DNA of 64,000 nucleotides from a bacterium. GTDB lineage: Bacteria; Krumholzibacteriota; Krumholzibacteriia; LZORAL124-64-63. Positions within the stretch are counted from its first letter, which is position 1; every line of letters begins with the position of its first letter. Of the stretch, positions 1 to 7,869 are shown one piece after another. The stretch spans positions 5,422-69,421 of the forward strand of contig JAAEQC010000202.1 of the NCBI GenBank assembly GCA_024231905.1, written 5' to 3'. The position numbers and the translations under genes are program-made. A model generated the notes under the pieces. That model was not told the DNA's origin and did no database searches. It was given only the letters and a program-made list of their open reading frames with translations.

Positions 1-471
1 GTGCACCGGGACGGCGACCGGTCCGTCCTCGACTTCCCATCCCGGCCGGCCGAGCCCATGGACACGCCCGCCGGACTGGCCGACATCCTGGGCACCGAGC
101 CCGTGGCAGTGGGGCATTCACGCGACCTGCTGGTGGAGTTGGCCGACGAGAACGCCGTGCGGTCCTTGACCCCGAACATCCCGGCCATGGCGGCCCTCGA
201 TTACCTGGGCATCATCGTCACCGCCTGCGGCGCCGAGGCCGACTTCGTGTCGCGCTTCTTCGCCCCCCGCGCCGGCATCGACGAGGACCCGGTCACCGGC
301 TCGGCCCACTGTACGCTGGTGCCCTGGTGGGCGGAACGGCTCGACCGCGACGAGATGACGGCCCACCAGGTCTCCACGCGCTTCGGCGACTTGGCCTGCC
401 GCCTGGCGGGTGACAGGGTACAGATGGGTGGCCACGCCGTGACCTACCAGCGGGGTGAAGTCGTCGTCTAG
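1..471 (+). CDS. PhzF-family (phenazine biosynthesis-like) isomerase, C-terminal part; 5' end lies outside the window
   Basis: Translation has PhzF/YddE-family C-terminal character (DPVTGSAHCTL...). Open to position 1, stop TAG at 469-471. Confidence 0.6.
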   Translation: MHRDGDRSVLDFPSRPAEPMDTPAGLADILGTEPVAVGHSRDLLVELADENAVRSLTPNIPAMAALDYLGIIVTACGAEADFVSRFFAPRAGIDEDPVTGSAHCTLVPWWAERLDRDEMTAHQVSTRFGDLACRLAGDRVQMGGHAVTYQRGEVVV

Positions 472-887
472 AGCCCCGCCAGCGCCGCCCGCGTCAGCTC
501 CGAAAACGTCACACCCTTGAGGCCGGCCATGGACAGCGCCATGCGCTCGATCTCGCCGGCCGTTCCCTTGAGCACGATGGTCTCCAGGCAGGTATCGTGG
601 TCCAGGTGGACGTGGGTCGTGCACAGGACGTGCACGTAGTGGTCGTGCTGGATGCGGTGGAGCCGGTCCTTCAGGCCCCGGCGATGGTGGTCGTAGGCGA
701 TGGTGAGCACGCCGTGGACCTCGCCGCCCTCCTGCTCCCACTTCCGGTCCGCCAGCCGGCCGCGGACGAGATCCCGCACCAGTTCCGAGCGCGAATCATA
801 GCCGCCGGAGACCAGGCGCCGGTCCATCTCGTCCATGAGTGGGTCGGGCAGGGAAACCGTGAAGCGGCGGGTGGTGTCGGCGGCCAT
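468..887 (-). CDS. nikR: Nickel-responsive transcriptional regulator NikR (ribbon-helix-helix plus metal-binding domain)
   Basis: Start ATG (cat 885-887) gives MAADTTRRFTVSLPDPLMDEMD...: N-terminal RHH, C-terminal His/Cys-rich domain (HDHYVHVLCTTHVHLDHDTC). Last gene of the cbi/nik operon. Confidence 0.8.
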   Translation of the reverse strand: MAADTTRRFTVSLPDPLMDEMDRRLVSGGYDSRSELVRDLVRGRLADRKWEQEGGEVHGVLTIAYDHHRRGLKDRLHRIQHDHYVHVLCTTHVHLDHDTCLETIVLKGTAGEIERMALSMAGLKGVTFSELTRAALAGL

Positions 888-888
888 C

Positions 889-1662
889 TCAGCTCCAGTC
901 GTGGGTGTGGTAGTGACGGTGCTCCTGATCCCCGTGCCGGTGGCGGTGGGTGTGCACCAGGTTGGCCCGATACAGCACCTCGGTATCTTCCCGCAGCGAG
1001 GCCACATCCCCGTCGTGGAGCAGAGTGTGGTCCTCGCCCAGCACCAGGCAGCGCTCGCCCAGCTCCGTGGCCAGGGACAGGTTGTGGGTCGCGACGACCA
1101 GGGTTTGGGGCAGGTCCTGGAGGAAGTCCACCAGCCAGCCGGTGGAGCGCGGATCCAGGGCGGCGGTGGGTTCGTCCAGCAGCAGCAAGCGCGGTGAAAG
1201 GGCCAGCAACGCGGCCAGGCAGACGAGCTGCTTCTGGCCCGCGCTCAGGGTGTAGGGCGCGTGATCCAGCAGGTCCTCCACACCCACCTGGGCGGCCCAG
1301 TGGCGGGCGCGATCGTCGGCGTCGGGCAAGTCGTGCTGGCGGGGACCGAAGGCGATCTCGTCCCTCACCGTCGGGTTGAAGAGCATGGCCTCGGGATTCT
1401 GGAAGAGCAGGCCCACCTCGCGGCGGAAACGGCGGCGGACCGTCTTGTCGCGCAGGGCCGCCGGCGAGACCTGGTGGCCGTCGTAGAGGACGTGGCCGCC
1501 GCCCGGTTCCAGCAGTCCGGTTAGGATCTTCAGCAGCGTCGTCTTGCCGCACCCGTTGCTGCCCAGGAGGACGATCTTCTCCCCAGCGTCGATGGAGGCG
1601 TCCACATCCACCAGAGTCGTGCGCTTTCCATAAGCGTGGCTCAACTTCTCAATCGCGATCAA
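889..1662 (-). CDS. cbiO: ECF-type Co/Ni transporter ATP-binding subunit (CbiO/NikO) with a His-rich C-terminal tail
   Basis: Walker A GSNGCGKTT, ABC signature LSAGQKQ, Walker B LLLLDEPTAALD. The C-terminus THRHRHGDQEHRHYHTHDWS is unusually His-rich. Stop abuts the nikR start. Confidence 0.85.
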   Translation of the reverse strand: MIAIEKLSHAYGKRTTLVDVDASIDAGEKIVLLGSNGCGKTTLLKILTGLLEPGGGHVLYDGHQVSPAALRDKTVRRRFRREVGLLFQNPEAMLFNPTVRDEIAFGPRQHDLPDADDRARHWAAQVGVEDLLDHAPYTLSAGQKQLVCLAALLALSPRLLLLDEPTAALDPRSTGWLVDFLQDLPQTLVVATHNLSLATELGERCLVLGEDHTLLHDGDVASLREDTEVLYRANLVHTHRHRHGDQEHRHYHTHDWS

Positions 1663-2206
1663 GGAAGAACCCCCTCGCGGTCAGGGCCTGGGTGATCTCG
1701 GTGGCATCATGCTCGGCCCGGCGCAGGAAGAAGGCGCCCAGGGCCGCGCCCTGCCGCAGCGACGTGCGCAGCCCCGGCCGGCGGGTCGTGCGGGCGGCGA
1801 GGGCCTGCTCGAAGTCTCCGAAGAGGCGGCGGAAGGCCAGCACTTGACTCGTGGCCAGGATCAGGACGAAGCGCAGGGTCGGCGAGAAGCCCAGCGCCCG
1901 CTGGAGATCGATGGCCGGCAGGATCCGGAAGACAAGCACGACCAGGAAGAACAAGCGGGCGTTCACCAGGGGCAGGACCCGTCCCGCCGCGGACAGGTCG
2001 CCCTTGCTCACGATCAGGAAGCCCAGGTTTATCGCCACCAGGAACGGTAGAGCGGCGCGTAGGGCGCGCACCCATGATTGCGGGCGGCGGCCGAACTCCG
2101 TGGCCGTCACCGTGAGGGCCCCGGCCAGCAGCAGGCGCGCGTCGTGAACCAGCGTCGCGGTCACCACCAGCACCAGGTAGACCAGCAGGAGCAGTCGGTC
2201 CTTCAT
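1649..2206 (-). CDS. cbiQ: ECF transporter transmembrane (T) component CbiQ (short, ~185 aa)
   Basis: Start ATG (cat 2204-2206) overlaps the cbiM stop. Hydrophobic multi-TM protein MKDRLLLLVYLVLVV... ending in the Arg-rich CbiQ-like tail. The 5' extension in the ORF track is antisense noise. Confidence 0.65.
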   Translation of the reverse strand: MKDRLLLLVYLVLVVTATLVHDARLLLAGALTVTATEFGRRPQSWVRALRAALPFLVAINLGFLIVSKGDLSAAGRVLPLVNARLFFLVVLVFRILPAIDLQRALGFSPTLRFVLILATSQVLAFRRLFGDFEQALAARTTRRPGLRTSLRQGAALGAFFLRRAEHDATEITQALTARGFFLDRD

Positions 2207-2841
2207 GGTGCGTCCTCCCCGGGCGCCAGCGCCCGCCACGCCAGCACCGCCAGCACCCCGTCGGCCACGCCTACCAGCAGGTGGGGCAGGACCACCGCCG
2301 GCACGGTCACCGCCCAGCCGAAGGGGAAAAAGAGTGGCGTGCCCTCGGCGTCGTGAGCCAGGAGCGGCTGCGCGCCCAGGACGAAGGCCACCAGGACCGC
2401 CGGCACCACGGTCCCGCACCAACCGGCCAGGAAGACCGCCGGCCGGGGCCAGCGTCCGCACGCTCGGTGCACCGCCACCGCCGCCGCGGTGCCGCCAAGC
2501 CCCGCCGTGAGAGCCATGACCGGCAAGGCAGTCACTCCGCCGTCGCCGAACATGAGGGCCTGCAGGAGGTACACCAGGGACAGGGCCAGGAACCCGTGCC
2601 ACACACCGAAGAGCACGGCGATCATGCCGATCCCCGTCACGTGGACGGTGGTGCCGCCGGGCAAGGGCACCGTCACCAGCATGAGGGCGAAGGACGCCGC
2701 CGTGGCCACCGCCAACCGCGGCACCGCCGCCGGGTCGAGAGTGCGGCGCAGGCGGCGCAGGCCCACGGCCCACAGCACGCCGGCGACCCCGTAGGCGGGG
2801 CCGTAGGTCTGGGGTCCCAGGAAGCCGTCGGGGATGTGCAC
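2203..2841 (-). CDS. cbiM: Co/Ni ECF transporter substrate-capture component CbiM/NikM
   Basis: Begins MHIPDGFL, the canonical CbiM N-terminus (His2 metal ligand). About 210 aa, multi-TM. Confidence 0.85.
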   Translation of the reverse strand: MHIPDGFLGPQTYGPAYGVAGVLWAVGLRRLRRTLDPAAVPRLAVATAASFALMLVTVPLPGGTTVHVTGIGMIAVLFGVWHGFLALSLVYLLQALMFGDGGVTALPVMALTAGLGGTAAAVAVHRACGRWPRPAVFLAGWCGTVVPAVLVAFVLGAQPLLAHDAEGTPLFFPFGWAVTVPAVVLPHLLVGVADGVLAVLAWRALAPGEDAP

Positions 2842-2842
2842 G

Positions 2843-3256
2843 TCAGCGGCGCATGCGTCCGGCGAAGCGGATCACCGCCAGGACCACCGCCGCGATGACG
2901 ATCCACCTGATCCACGGGCTGCGCCCGGGAGCGGGAGCGGGCGGTCCGGCCGCGAGATCCTCGTCCACCGGCACCATGACCTCGCCGCCGTGGCCGTCGG
3001 GAGCGAAGACGCGCACCTTCCAGTCGCCCGTCCGGTCGGGGGCGAAGACCGTCTGGCCCCGGGCGTCGCAGAAGCCGCGTGACCAGGTCGCGCCCTCCGG
3101 GTCCAGGACCGTGAAGGCCCAGCCCTCGGCCGCGCCGCCGTCGTGGTCCTCGAAGGTGACGATGACCGCGCCGCGCATCTGAAAAGTGCCGTGGGATTCA
3201 TGGGCCGCGGCGCCGGAGGCGAGCAGGGCGAGGGCGCAGATGAGGAAGGGACGCAT
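2843..3256 (-). CDS. Putative periplasmic metal-binding accessory component (DUF4198/NikK-like, transthyretin-like fold), signal peptide plus C-terminal TM anchor
   Basis: Signal peptide MRPFLICALALLASGAAA, His-rich mature N-terminus HESHGTF, beta-rich domain, C-terminal hydrophobic anchor. Stop overlaps the cbiM start. First gene of the operon. Confidence 0.45.
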   Translation of the reverse strand: MRPFLICALALLASGAAAHESHGTFQMRGAVIVTFEDHDGGAAEGWAFTVLDPEGATWSRGFCDARGQTVFAPDRTGDWKVRVFAPDGHGGEVMVPVDEDLAAGPPAPAPGRSPWIRWIVIAAVVLAVIRFAGRMRR

Positions 3257-3269
3257 GGGTGGCCTTTCG

Positions 3270-3289
3270 TTCAGTATTACGATACTGAA
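3270..3289 (-). promoter_or_regulatory. 20-bp inverted repeat TTCAGTAT-tacg-ATACTGAA, 14 nt upstream of the first nik-operon start codon; candidate NikR operator
   Basis: Two 8-bp arms are exact reverse complements separated by 4 nt. Half-sites GTAT/ATAC resemble the E. coli NikR operator GTATGA-N16-TCATAC. Sits between the promoter and the RBS (AAAGG). Confidence 0.4.
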
Positions 3290-3532
3290 GATCGTAACAC
3301 CGTCGGCCCTGCGGCGTCAATTGTACGGCTTTGGTGGCAGGCCGGTCACTCAGCCCTGCAGCGCGACGACCGGCTCGTAGAGGACATCCTCGAACTGCCG
3401 GTGCCTCCACATGCGGCCCGTGATCCTGATGACGACCACGTCCCCGTTCTCCTTGAATGACACTTTGAATGATCCGGCCATGTCGTGCCCCCCCGCTCGC
3501 AGACGAATCGCTGCGATCATCCCACCGCCGTC

Positions 3533-5131
3533 TCAGGACGGCTCGGTCCACTCCCGCCGCCGCCGCACCAACAGGAGGGTCGTGTCGTCCGTGGTGTGGC
3601 CCCCCTGGACGAACGTCGTGATCTCCTCGAAGAGGAGGTCGATGATCCCGGTCAGGTCCTTCCCACGATGCTCGAGGATGACCGCCTCGGCCCGATCGCG
3701 CCCGAAGAATTCGTCCCCGTGGATCGTGGCGTCCTCGACGCCGTCGCTGAACACGGCCAGCAGATCGCCCGGCGCCAGCTGGGTCACCTCGCCGCTGCAC
3801 GAGAACTCCTTGAACATCCCGACCGGGCCGCCGGTGGGCTCCAATTTCTCCACGGTCCCGTCCGCCCGCACGAGCATGGGCTGAACATGTCCGGCGTTGA
3901 CGTACCGGAGCCGCCCGGTGGCCAAGTTCAATTCCCCCACGAAGGCCGTGACGAACCGCTCCAGGGCCAGCTTGGGCTCCAGACTGTGGTGGAGCCGTTC
4001 CGCCAGGGTGCAGGGACAGTCGCAGAACCCGTCCAGGGCCGGCAGGAGCACAGAGCAGGCGGCCATGGTGAGGGCCGCGGGCAATCCCTTGCCGGCCACA
4101 TCGCCGAGGGCGATCAGGACCTTCCCCTCCTGCGGTTCGCCCACGTGGTAGAAGTCGCCGCCGATGGCGAAACAGGACACCAGGCGCGCCGCCACCTCGT
4201 AGTCCGGCATGTCCGGGATCCGGCTCGGGCACATGCGCCGCTGGATCCGCCGGGCCACCAACAGCTCGTGCTCCATCTCCCAGTAGCTCAGCTTGATGGC
4301 GACGGCATTGGCGGTGGCCGTGAGGATCTCCAGGTCGTGGCGCTCGAACTGGATCGCTGCGTCGCGCGTGTCCACGTAGAGGATGCCCCGGACCCGCTTG
4401 TTGTCGAACAGGGGCACGGCCATGGCCGAGGTGAGACGCGCCTTGATGATGCTGTCGGACGAACTCTCGGTGATCAGGGACGGGTCGGCCAGCAGCAGGC
4501 TGGCCCGCTCATCGCACACCTTTTTCATGATCGTGGCGCTCAGCTGGACGTTCTCCAGGTCCTCCCCGTCGGCCGACCACGAGCCGGCCACCTTGTGTCG
4601 CGTGCCCGGACCGTCATCGAGCATGAGGGCTATGCGTCCGCAAGGGATCCAGCGGCTGACGAATCCGCAGGCCTCGTCCTCGAAGTCCTTGCCGCGTCCG
4701 TCCATGGCGATCAGGTCGAAGAGCGAGGAGAGCATCTCGCCGATGCGGGCGGACGACACCCCCACCAGGCCCTGGCGATCGTCGAAGTAGGTGTGCGAGG
4801 CGACGAGATCGTGGGAGGAACCGGGAGGCCGGGTGGCGTCGCCGACGGTCCAGACGACGATCAGGCTGGCGAGGTTGATCGTGCTGCCGGGGGGAGCCTC
4901 GGTTTCGGACCGGTCCGGGTCGACGGCCACTCCGCCGATGAAGGTCCCGTTGCTGGAGCCGAGATCGGACACGAACAAGCGGTCGCCGGCGATCCTGAGC
5001 CGGGCGTGCCGGGCGCTCACATCGGCGGGACTGACCCGGATGTCCGCATAACGGTCCCGTCCCACGACGTACTCGCCGTCCTGGAGATCGCGGGACCAGT
5101 TCTCTCCGGCATGGGACAGATACAGCTTCAC
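3533..5131 (-). CDS. FHA-GAF-PP2C (SpoIIE-like) serine/threonine phosphatase
   Basis: N-terminal FHA (GRDRYADIRVSPADVSARHARL...LGSSNGTFI), central GAF, C-terminal PP2C/SpoIIE (GGDFYHV...GDVAGKG...FSDGV). GTG start at 5129-5131. Confidence 0.8.
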   Translation of the reverse strand: MKLYLSHAGENWSRDLQDGEYVVGRDRYADIRVSPADVSARHARLRIAGDRLFVSDLGSSNGTFIGGVAVDPDRSETEAPPGSTINLASLIVVWTVGDATRPPGSSHDLVASHTYFDDRQGLVGVSSARIGEMLSSLFDLIAMDGRGKDFEDEACGFVSRWIPCGRIALMLDDGPGTRHKVAGSWSADGEDLENVQLSATIMKKVCDERASLLLADPSLITESSSDSIIKARLTSAMAVPLFDNKRVRGILYVDTRDAAIQFERHDLEILTATANAVAIKLSYWEMEHELLVARRIQRRMCPSRIPDMPDYEVAARLVSCFAIGGDFYHVGEPQEGKVLIALGDVAGKGLPAALTMAACSVLLPALDGFCDCPCTLAERLHHSLEPKLALERFVTAFVGELNLATGRLRYVNAGHVQPMLVRADGTVEKLEPTGGPVGMFKEFSCSGEVTQLAPGDLLAVFSDGVEDATIHGDEFFGRDRAEAVILEHRGKDLTGIIDLLFEEITTFVQGGHTTDDTTLLLVRRRREWTEPS

Positions 5132-5341
5132 GGTACCCCCCGCAGAACAGGAAAACCGATCCGGTTTCCTGCTACGCTCCCTCCTCGGTCCATCCTAGCA
5201 CAATCCGGGCTTTCGGATGGGAATCGTCGTCAAGGAGGCCCCCGGGGACCCTGGGGGGACCGCTAGCCGGCTGGCGGCCTTACGTTTATCGACTGTAATA
5301 CAATGGGTTACGTGTTTGATAAATACAGCGCAATGATTATG

Positions 5342-6922
5342 TTAAGCCGGTCGCCGCACCTTCGGCAACAAGAGCAGCACCACTGCCCCTGCCACCAACG
5401 ACACCGCCGCCGGCACGCCGAACCCCGCCGGTACGAACCCCACCACGGACGCCACCGCCGCCGCGATCAGCGCGAACGGGATCTGGGTCCGCACGTGGTC
5501 GTGGGGTTCCACGCCGCAGGAAATGGACGAGACGATGGTCGTGTCCGAGAAGGGCGAACAATGGTCGCCGAAGACGGCTCCCGAGAATACCGCCGCCACG
5601 GTCACGTGCAGGAACGTGTTCTGGAATCCCGGGTCCGCCCCGGCCACCGCCCCCGCGGCAGCGGGCACCGCCAGGGGGAAGAGGATGCCCATGGTGCCCC
5701 AGGATGTTCCCGTGGCGAAGCTCACCACGGCGCCGGTCAGGAAGACCAGCAACGGCACGAGCGCAGAGGTCCCGGCCGCCGCTGCAGCCCGCGCCAGCAG
5801 TTCGGCCGTGCCCAGGGCGCCGATGGTGGAGCCCAGCATCCAGGCCGCCACCAGGATGATCACCGGACCGAGCATGGCCGCAGCGCCGCCCACGAAGGCC
5901 CGGCCGGCCGCCGCCGGCCGCCGCGTTGCCGGTCCCGGGAAGAGGGCCGCAGCCACCAGCGACGCCACCACTCCGGCCAGGACCATGACCAACGGTCCCG
6001 CGTCCGACCCGAAGGCCGCCACGATCTTCGCCCGGGTGACCGGTACCAGGGGGCCATCGGTCCCCAGCACGTAGAAGCCGCTGAAGAAGACGGCCAGGAG
6101 CACGCCCAGCGGCACCAGGGCGCTCGCCGCCGGTCCACCCGCGACCTCGCCGTCCTCCTTCCCTCCGCCGGCCCGCGCCTTCTCCTCGAAATCGCCCATG
6201 GGCCCGGGATTCCAGCGGAAGCGGATGGACACGAAGAGCAGCACCAAGGTGAACCAGCAGTGGAAGTTGTAGGGCAGCGAGCGCAGGAAGACCGCGTAGG
6301 GATTCACGTCCCGGCCCGCCAGGGCGAAGGCTTCCTCGATCATGGAGAGCTGGAAGGCGATCCACGTGGACACCACCGCCACGCAGGCCACCGCCGAGGA
6401 GGTGGAGTCCACGATGTAGGCCAGCTTCACCCGGGAAGTGCCGCAGCGGTCGGCCAGGCGGCGCCCCACGCGGCCGACCATCATGCTGTTGGCCAGACCG
6501 TCGAAGAAGCAGAGCAGGCCGAGGCTCGCGGCAGCGGCCTGGAAGCGGCGGCTGGCGTCGCCGCCACCGGCGGTGAAGCGGGTCAGCAGAGTACGGAAGC
6601 CGCCCCCCACGTCGAGGACTGCCGCGAAGCCGCCCAGGACCAGGGTGAAGGCGATGGCGCCCGTCTTCCAGCTCGACCCGAGGTTCGGCGCCAGGTGCTC
6701 CGCCCACAGGGCCAACCAGGCCTGCCAGGGATCACCTCCGGAAAGGATGACCGCGCCACAGAAGGCGCCCGTGAGCAGTCCGGCCAGGGCATGGCGGGTG
6801 GCCAGGATGACCGCCAGGGCCACCACCGGGGGCCAGAGGGCGCGCAGAGCCACATCGCTCCAGGCCAGAGGCCAGGTGGCGAGCACGGCCAGCGTGGCGA
6901 TCCAGGTGGTGGAGCGGTGCAT
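5342..6922 (-). CDS. nhaC: Na+/H+ antiporter NhaC-family membrane transporter
   Basis: 526 aa, about 12 TM, NhaC-family motifs (FGDHCSPFSDTTI). Confidence 0.75.
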   Translation of the reverse strand: MHRSTTWIATLAVLATWPLAWSDVALRALWPPVVALAVILATRHALAGLLTGAFCGAVILSGGDPWQAWLALWAEHLAPNLGSSWKTGAIAFTLVLGGFAAVLDVGGGFRTLLTRFTAGGGDASRRFQAAAASLGLLCFFDGLANSMMVGRVGRRLADRCGTSRVKLAYIVDSTSSAVACVAVVSTWIAFQLSMIEEAFALAGRDVNPYAVFLRSLPYNFHCWFTLVLLFVSIRFRWNPGPMGDFEEKARAGGGKEDGEVAGGPAASALVPLGVLLAVFFSGFYVLGTDGPLVPVTRAKIVAAFGSDAGPLVMVLAGVVASLVAAALFPGPATRRPAAAGRAFVGGAAAMLGPVIILVAAWMLGSTIGALGTAELLARAAAAAGTSALVPLLVFLTGAVVSFATGTSWGTMGILFPLAVPAAAGAVAGADPGFQNTFLHVTVAAVFSGAVFGDHCSPFSDTTIVSSISCGVEPHDHVRTQIPFALIAAAVASVVGFVPAGFGVPAAVSLVAGAVVLLLLPKVRRPA

Positions 6923-6945
6923 CGGTCGCCTCTCGCCGGTTCCGG

Positions 6946-7695
6946 CTACTTCGAGATCTTGTCCAGCAGACCCTCGGCCTGCTTCTTCGCCTCGTCTTCC
7001 GCCATGTCACGTACCTTCTGCTCCACGCCCGCCTTGGCGACCTCGGCCGCGGCCTTCTTCGTCAGGGCGCCCAGTACAGCCTGGGCGATCTGGTCGGGCC
7101 GTGCCCCCGCGGCGCCGCCGATGTCGTCGAGCCGGATCACCGGCAGAACCAGCGTGCGGGCTTCCAGGCCCAGCGCTGAGGCGTCCGCGTTGATGCGGCC
7201 CTCCTCGAAGACGAACCGCTTGATGCGGATCCGCTTGAGATCCTCGTCCCCACCGCCGCCGGCAGTGCCGCCGTCACCCGCACCGGCGGAGTCGGCGAAG
7301 CGCTGCACGTTCTGCTGCAGTTGCTGGATGTTCAAGGTCCCGTTCTCCAGGAATTCCGCGCTGACCACCGGCGCCTGCACGACGATCTCGTCGATGACGA
7401 GGGGCTCGTCGCGTAGGCTCTCCAGGTCCATGTCCACGGTGATCTCACCCAGGGTGAAAGCCTCGCCGGCGTCGTACCCGTCCGGGCTGGCAATGCTGAG
7501 TCCGGCCAGGGTGGCACGGCCTTCTCTCAGGGACAGGTCCACGCCGGAAACGGCAACCTCGGTGCCCACGGCTTCGCTACCGTGCTTCTCGATGAGCCCG
7601 GCGACGATGGAATTCAGGTTGGAAGCCAAGTAGCAGACGCCGAACCCGGCGATCACCACCAGGAGCACCAGGGCGATGAGCAGGACCTTCTTCAT
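6946..7695 (-). CDS. Hypothetical membrane-anchored protein (N-terminal TM, Ala/Gly/Asp-rich periplasmic region)
   Basis: ATG at 7693-7695 with strong RBS AAGGAGG; MKKVLLIALVLLVVIAGFGV.... The rest of track ORF 6946..9141 is antisense to pepF and is rejected. Confidence 0.5.
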   Translation of the reverse strand: MKKVLLIALVLLVVIAGFGVCYLASNLNSIVAGLIEKHGSEAVGTEVAVSGVDLSLREGRATLAGLSIASPDGYDAGEAFTLGEITVDMDLESLRDEPLVIDEIVVQAPVVSAEFLENGTLNIQQLQQNVQRFADSAGAGDGGTAGGGGDEDLKRIRIKRFVFEEGRINADASALGLEARTLVLPVIRLDDIGGAAGARPDQIAQAVLGALTKKAAAEVAKAGVEQKVRDMAEDEAKKQAEGLLDKISK

Positions 7696-7869
7696 GGCGG
7701 AACCTCCTTGATCTGGGTCGTCGATAAACGTGTCCTCCCTCGCAGGGTAGCGGAGAACCCGGGATTCCTGAACTGAGGAGTTGTGCGCAACGCAACCCTT
7801 CCGCCCCCACGTCGTCAATACAGGACGATCTCGCTGCCCCGACGCGCACCGCACACCAAGGAGATACCC

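Noticed and set aside
3485-7633. Long plus-strand ORFs 3485..5266 and 5303..7633
   Set aside because: Antisense to the FHA-GAF-PP2C phosphatase and NhaC genes respectively. Arg/His/Gly-rich low-complexity translations.
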